Below, piece by piece: positions 1 through 12,402 of a stretch of DNA of 64,000 nucleotides. Below the pieces are notes generated by a model, which was not told the DNA's origin, ran no database searches, and worked only from the letters and a program-made list of their open reading frames with translations. Source of the DNA: Actinobacteria bacterium UBA7524 (lineage in GTDB: Bacteria; Actinomycetota; Coriobacteriia; Anaerosomatales; UBA912); contig DLMY01000031.1 in assembly GCA_002478275.1 (NCBI GenBank), positions 62,001 to 126,000 on the forward strand. The letters are read 5' to 3'. The stretch's first letter is position 1, and each line of letters opens with the position of its first letter. Made by a program: the position numbers and the translations under genes.

Positions 1-608
1 AGATCGTGGAGAACCTGATCCACGCGGACTTCAACGAGACCGTGGTGTCCGTGCTCGACAATGGGAGCATCGTGCGTTTCGCCGACCAAGGCCCCGGAAT
101 CCCTCACAAGGACCGGGCTCTGATGCCGGGCTTCACAACAGCGAGCCACGCCATGAAGCAGCTCATCCGGGGAGTTGGCTCGGGGCTTCCCTTGGTCAAG
201 GAGTACCTTGAGCACCAGGGTGGGAGTCTGTCGATCGAAGACAACCTGTGCTCAGGAACCGTTGTCACTGTCACTTCCCGGCAAACGGTTCCGCAGGGTT
301 CACCCGATCGTGTCGTGCCCGGGACCCACGGCGTCGGGGTTGAAGGCGAGCTCTCACTGTCCGATCGTCTCTTGGAGGTTCCTGCACTTCCTCGAATGTC
401 TACCAGACACAAGAAGGTTCTCTCACTTCTCTTAGAACTCGGCGAGGTCGGACCCACCCTCGTCTCGAAAGAGTTGTCCGTCGGTCTTTCGACCGCATAT
501 CGGGACCTGTCGTTTCTTGAGACCCACGGACTGATTGAGTCAGACGCTGCCGGCAAGCGCGTGCTCACAGATCTTGGATCGACCTGCCTTGACAGTCTGT
601 TCGCGTAG
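1..608 (+). CDS. HATPase_c (GHKL) domain protein with C-terminal winged HTH; 5'-truncated by window edge
   Basis: N-box ENLIHA, G1 DQGPGI, G2 GVGSGL; C-terminal 'VGPTLVSKELSVGLSTAYRDLSFLETHGLI' is wHTH-like; frame open to window start. Confidence 0.8.
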   Translation, partial: IVENLIHADFNETVVSVLDNGSIVRFADQGPGIPHKDRALMPGFTTASHAMKQLIRGVGSGLPLVKEYLEHQGGSLSIEDNLCSGTVVTVTSRQTVPQGSPDRVVPGTHGVGVEGELSLSDRLLEVPALPRMSTRHKKVLSLLLELGEVGPTLVSKELSVGLSTAYRDLSFLETHGLIESDAAGKRVLTDLGSTCLDSLFA

Positions 609-618
609 GAATGGGAGC

Positions 619-2022
619 ATGGTGAAAACTGGAGCAACAACCGCGGCGGAAGATCTCGGTCGTGTTTGGTCAGACGTCCTGGAGGTCGTCAAGTCTGAAC
701 TGAACACCCCTACGTTCAAGACCTGGTTCGAACACACGACGCCTCAGGATATCGACGGCGATCGTCTTGTTGTCGCGGTTCAGAACGACTTCGCCCGCGA
801 CTGGCTTGAATCAAGGTATTCGGGACTACTTAAGAGCGCTCTCGAACAGGTCACTGGGGTCCCGTTGGGTCTCGAGTTCACGGTTCCGGAGAACTACGTC
901 GATCTCAAGCCCCCAAGTGATGAGACAGACACTCAACCGGTCCCTCCTGAGCCTCACGAATTTGAAGCGGCCCACTCAACCCACTCACCTAGGCTCTCCT
1001 TCGATCCTAAGTACTCCTTTGAGGCATTCGTCATCGGGGCGTCTAACCGTTTCGCTCATGCGGCAGCCCTCGCGGTGGCAGAAGCCCCGGGCCGCGCCTA
1101 TAACCCTCTGTTCGTATATGGCGGGGTAGGTCTGGGTAAGACCCACCTCCTGCATGCAATCGGGCGCTACGTCCAGATGAGCTTCCCTCACATGAAGGTG
1201 AAGTACGTTACCTCTGAGCAGTTCACCAATGACTTCATCAAGTCGATCAGCGACAAGAGGCGCATCGACGGTTTCCGGCATCAATACAGGACCAACGATG
1301 TTCTGCTGATCGACGACATCCAGTTCCTCAAGGGTAAGGAAGGGACCCAGGAGGAGTTCTTCCACACGTTCAACACCCTTCAGCAGGCGGGCAAGCAAGT
1401 GGTCCTGTCATCCGATCGGCCTCCGAAGGATATCGCCACACTGGAAGAGCGACTCCGGAGCCGCTTCGAGATGGGCCTTATCACCGATATCCAGCCCCCT
1501 GACCTTGAGACCAGGATCGCAATCTTGAAGAGGAAGGTGGAGGTTGAGAATCTTGATGTCCCGTATGAGGTTCTCTCATATGTAGCAGACAGGGTCTCCT
1601 CGAACATTCGAGAGCTTGAAGGGGCCCTCATTAGGGTCGTCGCGTACAGTTCTTTGACTCGACATCCCGTCAGTATCGATATAGCCCGGAGTGTATTGAA
1701 AGACATCTTCCCTGAGCGTTCTATCAGACCTATATCGGTCTCCACTATCCAAAGAGAGGTCTGTAAGTTCTACTCGATAAGCCATCCCGAACTCGTCGGA
1801 GGTAAGCGCTCCCAGAACATCGTCTATCCTCGGCAAGTGGCGATGTATCTTTCTCGGGAGTTGACCGATCTCTCGCTTCCTCGAATAGGTAGTGAATTCG
1901 GGGGACGGGATCACACGACTGTGATGCACGCAACCGCGAAGATCACGAAACTCATGAATGAAGAGAGAGAGGTTTACAACCAGATCCAGAACCTAACCAA
2001 CACTATTCGTCAGAAGAGCTGA
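619..2022 (+). CDS. dnaA: Chromosomal replication initiator DnaA
   Basis: YNPLFVYGGVGLGKTHL Walker A, LLIDDIQFL Walker B, FGGRDHTTVMHA domain IV signature; start reassigned to ATG 619 (GTG 622 also possible). Confidence 0.99.
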   Translation: MVKTGATTAAEDLGRVWSDVLEVVKSELNTPTFKTWFEHTTPQDIDGDRLVVAVQNDFARDWLESRYSGLLKSALEQVTGVPLGLEFTVPENYVDLKPPSDETDTQPVPPEPHEFEAAHSTHSPRLSFDPKYSFEAFVIGASNRFAHAAALAVAEAPGRAYNPLFVYGGVGLGKTHLLHAIGRYVQMSFPHMKVKYVTSEQFTNDFIKSISDKRRIDGFRHQYRTNDVLLIDDIQFLKGKEGTQEEFFHTFNTLQQAGKQVVLSSDRPPKDIATLEERLRSRFEMGLITDIQPPDLETRIAILKRKVEVENLDVPYEVLSYVADRVSSNIRELEGALIRVVAYSSLTRHPVSIDIARSVLKDIFPERSIRPISVSTIQREVCKFYSISHPELVGGKRSQNIVYPRQVAMYLSRELTDLSLPRIGSEFGGRDHTTVMHATAKITKLMNEEREVYNQIQNLTNTIRQKS

Positions 2023-2256
2023 GTTGTGATGGCTGTGTATATCCTTGTTGATTCCCGCTTGAAAAAGTGGGGAAGGTTCTTTCGGGCTGTGGAGTACGTC
2101 TTCTTCGTGTGGACACTGTGGGTGACAGGAACAATCCTTCAACAAGGCCTACACAATAGACACGCCTGCTTCCATCTGGGTTTTATGGGGTTCTCAACAG
2201 TACCCACAGCCCTTATTACTACTACTACTTGTTAGATATAGAAGAGAGGAACAGTA
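2023..2256. other. oriC (dnaA-dnaN intergenic): DnaA-box cluster plus DnaA-trio unwinding element
   Basis: Degenerate boxes TGTGTATAT 2034, TGTGGAGTA 2088, TGTGGACAC 2108, TGTGGGTGA 2117, tandem TTCTCAACA 2191 / GTACCCACA 2200, then GCCC and TTATTACTACTACTACT 2213-2229. Confidence 0.9.
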
Positions 2257-3360
2257 ATGAAACTGACTATGGCCCGTGGAGAGTTGCTGGAGTCTCTTTC
2301 AATTGCGGCAAGAGGTCTGTCCTCTCGGTCTACTCTCCCGATCCTGTCAGGGATATTGGTCGAAGCGACGGAGGAAGGAAACGTATCCTTCACGTCGACG
2401 GATCTTGAAGTCTCAATCAGGAACATCTCATCGGCCTTAGTGGAGAAAGCAGGGGCTGCTGTCATTCCAGGGCGGTTGATGACAGACATCATCAAGTCCC
2501 TTCCTGAAGCGGCCGTAACGATGAGTATTGAAGGAGAGATCGTCTCGATATCTTGTGGAAACTCGTCGTTCACGATGAAGACCTTGAGAGCAGATGATTT
2601 TCCGAAGTTTCCGGAAGTGGATCCTGAGCAAGAGACTGTCTTGAAGACAGAGGAACTGACTCAGACCGTCAGCCGGGTGATCAGAGCAGTGAGTAAGGAC
2701 GAGACAAGACCGATACTCACAGGAGTACTTCTGTCGCTTGAAGGTCCCGTTCTCCGGATGGTGGCGACGGATTCCTATCGCCTTGCTGTCAAAGAGACGG
2801 TCTCGGAGAGCGATCGGACCGAGAGCATTGAAGTCATAGTCCCGGGTCGTGCTCTTGAAGAGGTAGTGAGATTGGCGGCGAGCCAAAAAGAAGTGAAGCT
2901 TGGAGTCACAGAAAATCAAATAGTCTTCAAGATCGGAGAGACTACCTTCGTGACCCGAAGGATAGAAGGGACGTTTCCTAACTATCGACAGCTGATACCT
3001 AAGGAATTCGAGACGAAGGTCTCAGTCGCGAGAGAGGATCTCGTTCAAGCGGTCAAGAGGGTCTCCTTGCTGGCGCAGCACAACACTCCTCTCCGGCTTA
3101 CGGTCTCCTCCGAAGACAAGACGATTTCCCTGTCGGCGACGACACAGGATGTGGGAGACGCCTCAGAGGACCTGATGGCAGAAGTGAGCGGTCCGGATGT
3201 GGAGATCGCCTTCAATCACTCCTTCTTGGCTGACGGGGTGGGCACGGTTTCTGGCGAGACAGCGACGATCGAGATCGTCAGTCCACTGAAGCCCGGTGTC
3301 TTGAAAGCACAAGAGGACGAGGGACTCCTCTATTTGTTGATGCCAGTTCGCTTGAGCTGA
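2257..3360 (+). CDS. dnaN: DNA polymerase III beta clamp
   Basis: STLPILSGI, TDLEV, ATDSYRLA, GTFPNYRQLIP, C-terminal LMPVRL; synteny. Confidence 0.99.
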   Translation: MKLTMARGELLESLSIAARGLSSRSTLPILSGILVEATEEGNVSFTSTDLEVSIRNISSALVEKAGAAVIPGRLMTDIIKSLPEAAVTMSIEGEIVSISCGNSSFTMKTLRADDFPKFPEVDPEQETVLKTEELTQTVSRVIRAVSKDETRPILTGVLLSLEGPVLRMVATDSYRLAVKETVSESDRTESIEVIVPGRALEEVVRLAASQKEVKLGVTENQIVFKIGETTFVTRRIEGTFPNYRQLIPKEFETKVSVAREDLVQAVKRVSLLAQHNTPLRLTVSSEDKTISLSATTQDVGDASEDLMAEVSGPDVEIAFNHSFLADGVGTVSGETATIEIVSPLKPGVLKAQEDEGLLYLLMPVRLS

Positions 3361-3370
3361 TACTCAGCGA

Positions 3371-4486
3371 ATGACGTGGGCGGCCAGAAAGCTCCTTCTC
3401 AGATGCTTCAGGAATTGGGAACTCTTGGATCTTGAGTTAGCCGAGGGTTTGACCGTCCTGCTGGGGCCGAACGCCACCGGTAAGACCAACGTCGTAGAGG
3501 CTCTTCAATTGATGACGGCCGGAAGGTCTTTCAGGAACCCCGCGCCCGAAACACTGGTCAAGCACGGTTCAGACGAAGCACTCGTGGTGTTGTCTGTGAA
3601 TCAGGACGACGTCGCTGCTGAGATCAAGCTTCGTGTGTCCGGCGGAAGGCGTCGCGTCTACGAAATAAATGGTACGCCCGTACGTAGTGCATCGGATGTG
3701 CAAGGCCGCCTGAGTAGCGTGGTGTTCACTCCCGACGACCTGAACATGATCAAGCGAGCATCCGATGTCAGGAGAGCGGGCGTTGACGAGGTAGGAGAAC
3801 AGGTCTCCAAAGCCTACTCGGCGACGAAGAAGGAGTACGGTCGACTTCTGCGCCAGAGGAACGTTCTCCTCAAGACGGACGGAGACGCGGATCTCATCGA
3901 TGTGGCAACCGAGCAGCTTGTCCGGTCTGGAGCGCGACTGACGGCTTCAAGGGCAAGGCTTGCCGAGAGGATCGCGCACCTCGCAGTAGGCTTGTATGCA
4001 GAGATATCCGGAGGGGAGAACCTGGAGATCCGCTTCGTTCCTTCATGGGAGCGAGCGGGTCTGGATGAAGAGGTTGACCCCTCGAGCGAAGAGAGCACGT
4101 CGTGCGCACTTGTCGAGTCACTCGCCCTTGTCGCTACAGAAGAGCGCGCAAGAGGGACGAGTCTCGTAGGTCCACATAGGGACGATCTGGCGTTCACCAT
4201 CGAAGGTAGAGACGCCCGTGACTTCGCTTCACAAGGCCAACAGAGATCCATCGCTCTTGCATGGAAGCTCGCGGAGGTGGAAGTGATGGAGGAGATCACC
4301 CACCAAAGGCCGCTCCTCTTGCTCGACGATGTGATGTCAGAACTCGACGAAGGGCGTCGGAACCGCCTCGCCGCGACCGTTCAGGGCGGCATTCAGACAG
4401 TCATGACCACTACGAACCTCGAGTATTTCGATGAATCGATCATCAGAAAGGCGTCCATCGTGGATCTTGGAAATGTGCCCTCGTAA
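3371..4486 (+). CDS. recF: DNA replication/repair protein RecF
   Basis: GPNATGKTN Walker A, GPHRDDL, SQGQQRS, LLLLDDVMSELD. Confidence 0.98.
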   Translation: MTWAARKLLLRCFRNWELLDLELAEGLTVLLGPNATGKTNVVEALQLMTAGRSFRNPAPETLVKHGSDEALVVLSVNQDDVAAEIKLRVSGGRRRVYEINGTPVRSASDVQGRLSSVVFTPDDLNMIKRASDVRRAGVDEVGEQVSKAYSATKKEYGRLLRQRNVLLKTDGDADLIDVATEQLVRSGARLTASRARLAERIAHLAVGLYAEISGGENLEIRFVPSWERAGLDEEVDPSSEESTSCALVESLALVATEERARGTSLVGPHRDDLAFTIEGRDARDFASQGQQRSIALAWKLAEVEVMEEITHQRPLLLLDDVMSELDEGRRNRLAATVQGGIQTVMTTTNLEYFDESIIRKASIVDLGNVPS

Positions 4487-5042
4487 GGGCAAGGAAGTCA
4501 GGCTGGGCGACGCGCTCGGCTCATTCATCAAGAAGGCGGACCGGGACGGCCGCAGTGGTCAATCACGTGCGGTCGAGGTGTGGCGTAAGGTCGTGGGTCC
4601 GGACGTGGCGAAACACACCTTCGGAATCACCTTAAGGCGAGGAGAACTCGTCGTAGCAGTCGACTCGGCACCCTGGGCTTCCGAGCTGTCGATCATGAGC
4701 GATGAGCTTCGAGCCAGAATCAATTCAGAGATGGGTCAGGAAACGGTAAGAGAGATACGCTTCACTGTCTCTCGTCGAGTCGAAGATGAACACAGGACCG
4801 AGCAAGCCGTCCAAGATGCGGTCCGCAAGTACTCACCCGAGATCAAGACACGGCCAATCAGTCTGTCACCCGAGGAAATCGAAGCGGTGAGAAAGAGCGT
4901 TTCGGTCATCTCGGATGAGGAGCTCAGAGACGCAGCATTCAAGGCCACCGTAGTCGACCTTGAGTGGAAAAAGGGTCACGAGCGCCTGAACGTGTCAGAG
5001 AAGGGCACAGGAGGCGCAGAGGGGCCAGAAACGGAGCCGTAA
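4473..5042 (+). CDS. dciA: DUF721/DciA family helicase-loader-like protein
   Basis: W..VVGP.VA.HT...GELVVAVDSAPWASEL...IRF pattern; conserved position between recF and gyrB; start ATG 4473 inferred. Confidence 0.75.
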   Translation: MCPRKGKEVRLGDALGSFIKKADRDGRSGQSRAVEVWRKVVGPDVAKHTFGITLRRGELVVAVDSAPWASELSIMSDELRARINSEMGQETVREIRFTVSRRVEDEHRTEQAVQDAVRKYSPEIKTRPISLSPEEIEAVRKSVSVISDEELRDAAFKATVVDLEWKKGHERLNVSEKGTGGAEGPETEP

Positions 5043-5103
5043 CCCAATCCGTTGTGGTAGAATTCAGTCGTCCACCACAAGATGATGTGGTGTCGTCCCG
5101 TAG

Positions 5104-7053
<1,950 letters not shown>

Positions 7054-7074
7054 ACATATTCCAGGTAGGAGCAC

Positions 7075-7590
7075 ATGGGTCAGACGCCGGACAACTACCG
7101 CCCGAAGAAATTCGAGCCGCCGCCTTGGGAAAGAGCGCAATTCGAGGAACTCGAGCGGTCGAGGGCGGAAGCTCGGGAAGAAGAGGAACTTGCCGCGGCA
7201 CTGAGCGAGTTGGAAGTCCAGGCCACGCCGGAGGAATCACCGGACTCGGAGGCGGCACCGGAGATAGTCCCCGAAGACACTGCCGGAGCCGGCGAATCGG
7301 GGCCGCGGCAAGATCCGCTAACGGATCCCCGCATAGAGGCCATGTTCCTGGAGTTATCCGTATCGGAGCAGAAGGCGGGGGCGGATCTCTGGAAGATCGG
7401 CTTGTTCGGGTCCCTGGTCCTGGCGTGCATCGGCGCGATGCTCTTGGTCTGGGGCGTAGTCGCTGCGGTGCGAACGTCAGGTTCGGGAGGAATGGTGGGC
7501 GCGAGCGTCTTGATAGCGTTCGGCACGGGTTTCGTGGCGCTTGCCGCATGGATGACCATAAGAAGTCTGCGACAACGAGGAGCACACTAA
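7075..7590 (+). CDS. Hypothetical membrane protein (acidic N-terminal region, two C-terminal TM helices)
   Basis: AGGAG RBS before ATG; stop TAA directly abuts gyrA GTG; two hydrophobic segments. Confidence 0.75.
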   Translation: MGQTPDNYRPKKFEPPPWERAQFEELERSRAEAREEEELAAALSELEVQATPEESPDSEAAPEIVPEDTAGAGESGPRQDPLTDPRIEAMFLELSVSEQKAGADLWKIGLFGSLVLACIGAMLLVWGVVAAVRTSGSGGMVGASVLIAFGTGFVALAAWMTIRSLRQRGAH

Positions 7591-10173
7591 GTGGCTGACG
7601 AACCGATCGAACAGACGATACTGCCTGTCGATATCCAGCAGGAGTTGCGGGAGTCGTTCCTCGAGTACTCGATGAGTGTCATCGTGTCGAGGGCCTTGCC
7701 TGATGTGAGGGACGGGCTCAAGCCGGTACACCGACGCATTCTCTACGCCATGAATGAGTCGGGGCTGACCCCGGGGCGGCCCTACAAGAAATCCGCCTGG
7801 ACGGTCGGTGAGGTCATCGGTAAGTACCACCCACACGGAGACGCGGCAGTGTACGCCACGATGGTGCGCATGGCCCAGGACTTCTCGATGAGGATCCCGC
7901 TCGTAGACGGACACGGCAACTTCGGTTCGGTGGACGGCGATCCTGCGGCGGCGATGCGCTATACGGAGGCCCGGCTTCAGAGAGCCGCAGGTGAGTTGCT
8001 TCGTGACCTGGACAAAGAAACGGTGGATTTCGGACCCAACTACGATGAGTCTCTTGAGGAGCCTCTGGTGCTGCCAGCCAGGTTCCCGAACCTTCTGGTC
8101 AATGGTAGTGCAGGCATCGCGGTTGGTATGGCTACGAACATCCCTCCTCACAACCTGGGAGAGACGATCGACGCCGTCACCCACGTCATCGACAATCCCG
8201 ATGCCACAGCGTCGGACATCCTCGGACTCATGCCGGGCCCCGACTTCCCTACTGGCGGCAGCATCATGGGGTGCGAGGGCATTGCGAATTACTACGAGAC
8301 GGGACGCGGGTCGATCAGGGTCAGGGGAAAGGCCCACATCGAACAGACCAGCACCGGCCGGACGCGCATCATCATCACTGAGATCCCTTACACCGTGAAC
8401 AAGTCGAGGCTTGTGACCAAGATCGCTGAGCTCGTGCGCGAGAAGAAGCTGACGGAGATATCCGATCTGCGTGACGAGTCCGATCGCAAGGGCATGCGCG
8501 TGGTCATCGAGCTGAAGAGCTCGTGTGTACCTCAGGTCGTCTTGAACAAGCTGTTCAAGCATACCCAGCTACAGACCGGATTCGGCGTCATCATGCTTGC
8601 ACTGGTCGACGGCGTTCCGCGTACCCTGACCATGGTCGAGATGCTCAAGTACTACATCGAGCACCAGAAACAGGTCGTCACGCGCAGAACCCAGTACGAG
8701 CTGCGCAAAGCCGAGGAGCGCGCGCATATCCTCGAAGGTTACGTCATAGCCCTGGACAACATCGACGAAGTCATCAAGATCATCAGAGGTAGCCAGGACG
8801 ATTCTGAAGCCAAGGCTCGGCTCATCGAGCGATTCGGGCTGAGCGAAGCTCAGACGGACGCTATCCTCGAGATGCGCCTGCGCCGGTTGACGGGCCTTGA
8901 GCGTCACAAGATAGAAGACGAACTCAAGGACCTGCGTGAGCGTATCGCCTGGTACCAGAAGGTGCTCGCAGATGTGAAGCTCGTCTTGCAGATCGTCAAG
9001 GATGAACTCGCCGAGATACGCAGCAAGTACGCGAATCCTCGCAGGACCGAGATCGCAGGAGACGCCGCGGATCTCGATGTGGAGGACCTCATCGCCGAGG
9101 AAGACATGGTGGTGACGATCACGAAGGCGGGGTACGTCAAGCGCCTTCCCGTCGCCACATACCGTCAGCAGAAGCGTGGCGGCAAGGGCGTCAGTGGCGT
9201 CAACCTCAAGGAGAGCGACTTCGTCGAACAGCTGTTCATCAGTTCTACCCACGACTACGTACTCTTCTTCTCCACGAAGGGCAAGGTCTACCGGCTCAAG
9301 GTCCACGAACTGCCGGTGGGCTCCCGGCATGCCCGTGGGACCGCAGCCGTCAACCTGCTGCCTTTCGCACAAGACGAGAAGATCGCCGCTGCGATCACCA
9401 CACGCGAGTTCGGAGCGGAAGACTATCTCCTGTTCGCTACCCGTGAGGGGATGGTCAAGAAGACCGCCTTGCAGGCCTACGACCGTTCCAGGCGGGATGG
9501 GATCATCGCCATCAATCTGCGCGAGGGAGACGAGCTGATAAGTGTCCGGCGAGTCAGGCCGGGCGAGAAGGCGATGATGGTCTCCACAGCAGGCAAGGCC
9601 ATCAAGTGGGACGAGAGCGATGCCCGGCCGATGGGTCGAGACACCATGGGTGTTCGCGGCATGAACATCAAGACAGGAGAAGCCGTCCTCGGCATGGAGA
9701 TAGCGCCGCCCGACGCAGAGCTGTTCGTGGTCACAGAGCGGGGTTATGGCAAGAGGACCCCCGTGAGTGAGTACCCTGAACAGAAGCGCGGGGGTATGGG
9801 AGTCAAGACGATCCAGATCACCGAGAAGAAGGGCCCGTTGGCGGGCATGAAGATCGTCCTGCCTCAGCATGAGTTGATGCTGATCAGCGTCGACGGAGTC
9901 GTCATCCGCGTGAGGGCCAACGACATCTCGAAGCTGGGTCGATCCACGCAAGGCGTGAAGGTGATGAACGTGTGCGCGACCGATAGAGTAGTCGCGATAG
10001 CTCGGGTGGCTGGCAAGCACCGGGCAAAGAGCCAGCCCGTCCCGGAGGGACAGGAGTCATTGCTGGATTCTGAGAGCGGCGAAACGCAGGCCGGTTCCGG
10101 GGCTGTCGACGCACGCGAGGCGGCGGCAGAGGAGTTGGCTAGCGAGGAGTTCGAGGACATAGGTGACGAGTAG
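7591..10173 (+). CDS. gyrA: DNA gyrase subunit A
   Basis: [30 protein letters not shown] catalytic Tyr, GyrA-box QKRGGKG. Confidence 0.99.
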   Translation: MADEPIEQTILPVDIQQELRESFLEYSMSVIVSRALPDVRDGLKPVHRRILYAMNESGLTPGRPYKKSAWTVGEVIGKYHPHGDAAVYATMVRMAQDFSMRIPLVDGHGNFGSVDGDPAAAMRYTEARLQRAAGELLRDLDKETVDFGPNYDESLEEPLVLPARFPNLLVNGSAGIAVGMATNIPPHNLGETIDAVTHVIDNPDATASDILGLMPGPDFPTGGSIMGCEGIANYYETGRGSIRVRGKAHIEQTSTGRTRIIITEIPYTVNKSRLVTKIAELVREKKLTEISDLRDESDRKGMRVVIELKSSCVPQVVLNKLFKHTQLQTGFGVIMLALVDGVPRTLTMVEMLKYYIEHQKQVVTRRTQYELRKAEERAHILEGYVIALDNIDEVIKIIRGSQDDSEAKARLIERFGLSEAQTDAILEMRLRRLTGLERHKIEDELKDLRERIAWYQKVLADVKLVLQIVKDELAEIRSKYANPRRTEIAGDAADLDVEDLIAEEDMVVTITKAGYVKRLPVATYRQQKRGGKGVSGVNLKESDFVEQLFISSTHDYVLFFSTKGKVYRLKVHELPVGSRHARGTAAVNLLPFAQDEKIAAAITTREFGAEDYLLFATREGMVKKTALQAYDRSRRDGIIAINLREGDELISVRRVRPGEKAMMVSTAGKAIKWDESDARPMGRDTMGVRGMNIKTGEAVLGMEIAPPDAELFVVTERGYGKRTPVSEYPEQKRGGMGVKTIQITEKKGPLAGMKIVLPQHELMLISVDGVVIRVRANDISKLGRSTQGVKVMNVCATDRVVAIARVAGKHRAKSQPVPEGQESLLDSESGETQAGSGAVDAREAAAEELASEEFEDIGDE

Positions 10174-10894
10174 CGCGAATTCCCGAGGCGGGGCCGGTGC
10201 CGAGTCCGGTCCCGCCTCACGTGTTCGGGCGGTGCTCTTCGATCTGGACGGTACCCTGCTCGACTCCATCCCGCTCATCCTGTCTTCGTTCAGGCACGCG
10301 ACCGAGACGGTGCTCGGCCAGGCGTTGCCCGACGAAGTCATGCTTCACAACGTCGGCGTACCGCTCGCCACGCAGATGAGGCAACTGGCGCCCGACCATG
10401 CGGAAGAACTCCTGCGCGTCTACAGGGCCCACAACGCGGAGCACCACGACACCTCTGTCGCGGCTTACCCAGGCGTAGCCGAGGCGCTGTCAAAGCTCCA
10501 GAGTGCCGGGTATCCGATGGCGGTTGTCACCTCGAAGATGGGGCCTTTGGCCAGGCGCGGTCTGGAGTTGTTCGGACTCGATAGCTACATGTCGGCTGTG
10601 GTCGGGTGTGAGGACACGCAGACGCACAAGCCCGACCCAGAGCCCCTTCGGGTGGCGGCGGAGCTACTCGGCGTGCCTTTGGAGGCATGCGCGTATGTGG
10701 GAGACAGCGAACACGACATGGCTGCAGCTCTGGCCGGTGGAGCAGTAGCGATCGCTGCCTTATGGGGTCCGTTCGAGCCGGAGCGCGTGCTGGCACCGGG
10801 TCCCGACTACGCATTACCTGAGATAGGGCGACTACCCGAGCTACTGGCTGGGGATGAACAGCGGTATGGTGTGAATGACGTGGTCCGCACCTGA
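10163..10894 (+). CDS. HAD-IA family hydrolase (PpaX/Gph-like)
   Basis: [10 protein letters not shown] motif [21 protein letters not shown]. Confidence 0.93.
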   Translation: MTSSANSRGGAGAESGPASRVRAVLFDLDGTLLDSIPLILSSFRHATETVLGQALPDEVMLHNVGVPLATQMRQLAPDHAEELLRVYRAHNAEHHDTSVAAYPGVAEALSKLQSAGYPMAVVTSKMGPLARRGLELFGLDSYMSAVVGCEDTQTHKPDPEPLRVAAELLGVPLEACAYVGDSEHDMAAALAGGAVAIAALWGPFEPERVLAPGPDYALPEIGRLPELLAGDEQRYGVNDVVRT

Positions 10895-10913
10895 CAGGCC
10901 GAGGAGGTCTATC

Positions 10914-12398
10914 GTGTCTCGTAAGGCGAAAGTGATAGCGGGGCTCGCAGCTCTGATTCTAGTCGCGGGAGGTGTGGCCTACGCGGTGGTCGGTCTGGGA
11001 GGTGCGTCTCCGGAAGTCGAGGTGGCCACCGCGGAGAGGGCCGACCTGGCCGTCACCGTCACCGCCTCGGGCAGGGTGGAGTCGGGTGTGCGGGCCGATG
11101 TCTTCCCTCCGACGGCTGCGATCGTTGCGAACGTGTTCGTCGATGACGGGCAGCGAGTTGAAGCGGGAACGGTGCTTGCGAGGTTGGAGACAGAGCCGCT
11201 TGAACTGCAAGCGGAGCAGGCTCGTGCAGGCGTGATACAAGCGGAATCGCAGCTCGCCCTGCTCGAAAAACAGCGGCCCAGCAGTGCTGAGTTGCAGGCC
11301 GCACGGGCAGCCACGGATGCGGCCTGGAGACAGTATCAGGCTGCGCTCACGGGTGTCGGCGCAGTAGACCAGCAAGCGCCCAGCGCCTCGGACCGCGCAG
11401 CGGCCGTGGCTGCGGTTACTGCGGCCTACAACGCCTACATCACCGCCCGGGATGCATACGATGCGCTCAAGGCCGCGTACGACATCATGCCCACACCGTC
11501 ACTTGAGGCGACGCTGACCCAGGCGGGGATCGCCAAAGACCAGGCGTATGCGGGGTACCTACAGGCCAAGGCGGCGCGCGACAAGATCGACGCATACGAC
11601 TCGAGCGCCCCGCGCGCGCAAGCACAGGCGGGCGCCGATCAGGCGTACGCGGGCTACCTTGCGGCGAGAGCCCAGCAACAGAGGCTTGAGACGACGAACC
11701 TCTCAGCAGAGCAGCGAGCCGCGCAAGCGGCTGTCGACCAGGCCAGGGAGGCTCTTGTGCTTGCCCAGGACAATCTCGGCAAGTCCGCTCTGACCGCTCC
11801 GATCGGCGGCGTTGTCCTGTTCAACGCGATAGGCACGCCGGGCGCCGATGGACAACCGTCTAAGGTGTCCGCAGGTGCAGCCATCGCCCCGCAGGCCGCC
11901 CCGTTCACGGTCGTGGATATGGGCGCGTTGCGGTTCGTAGCGGAGGTCGACGAAGTCGACGTGGGCGCGATCGCACCAGGCATGCCCGTTTCCGTGAATC
12001 TCGATGCGTTTCCCCGGGACTCATTCGAGTCGACGGTCACCCAGATCCTGTCCGCCGCGACGCTGACGCCTACGGGAGGCACGGTCTTTCCCGTTCATGT
12101 CGATCTGAGCATGATCGAGCAGAGGCTTCTCATAGGAATGAAGGGCGACGCTCAGATCGAGGTGGACTCGGTTCCGGAGGCGGTCACGGTGCCCATCGAG
12201 GCCCTGTTCGATGAGGGCGGAACAAGCTACGTGTACGTGGTGACCGGGCAGGATACCCTGAAGCGCACCCCGGTCGAACTCGGGACCCTGACCGAAACCC
12301 GGATACAGGTGCGTTCCGGCCTGAACGCGGGCGACGTAGTCGCGCTCACCGGTCCCGTAGAGCTTTCGGACGGTCTCCAGATACGCCCGAAGAAGTGA
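10914..12398 (+). CDS. MacA-like membrane fusion/adaptor protein of ABC exporter
   Basis: N-terminal TM, VTVTASGRV, long coiled coil, LTAPIGGVV, VDEVDV, VPIEAL; GAGGAGG RBS at 10901 favours GTG 10914. Confidence 0.88.
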   Translation: MSRKAKVIAGLAALILVAGGVAYAVVGLGGASPEVEVATAERADLAVTVTASGRVESGVRADVFPPTAAIVANVFVDDGQRVEAGTVLARLETEPLELQAEQARAGVIQAESQLALLEKQRPSSAELQAARAATDAAWRQYQAALTGVGAVDQQAPSASDRAAAVAAVTAAYNAYITARDAYDALKAAYDIMPTPSLEATLTQAGIAKDQAYAGYLQAKAARDKIDAYDSSAPRAQAQAGADQAYAGYLAARAQQQRLETTNLSAEQRAAQAAVDQAREALVLAQDNLGKSALTAPIGGVVLFNAIGTPGADGQPSKVSAGAAIAPQAAPFTVVDMGALRFVAEVDEVDVGAIAPGMPVSVNLDAFPRDSFESTVTQILSAATLTPTGGTVFPVHVDLSMIEQRLLIGMKGDAQIEVDSVPEAVTVPIEALFDEGGTSYVYVVTGQDTLKRTPVELGTLTETRIQVRSGLNAGDVVALTGPVELSDGLQIRPKK

Positions 12399-12402
12399 AC
12401 AC

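Noticed and set aside
2026..2235. 69-aa ORF in the dnaA-dnaN spacer
   Set aside because: Overlaps oriC; its poly-Thr end is simply the DnaA-trio repeat
11541..11660. Near-identical 20-nt repeat (DQAYAGYL twice) in the adaptor gene
   Set aside because: Coiled-coil repeat within a CDS; not a CRISPR or mobile repeat
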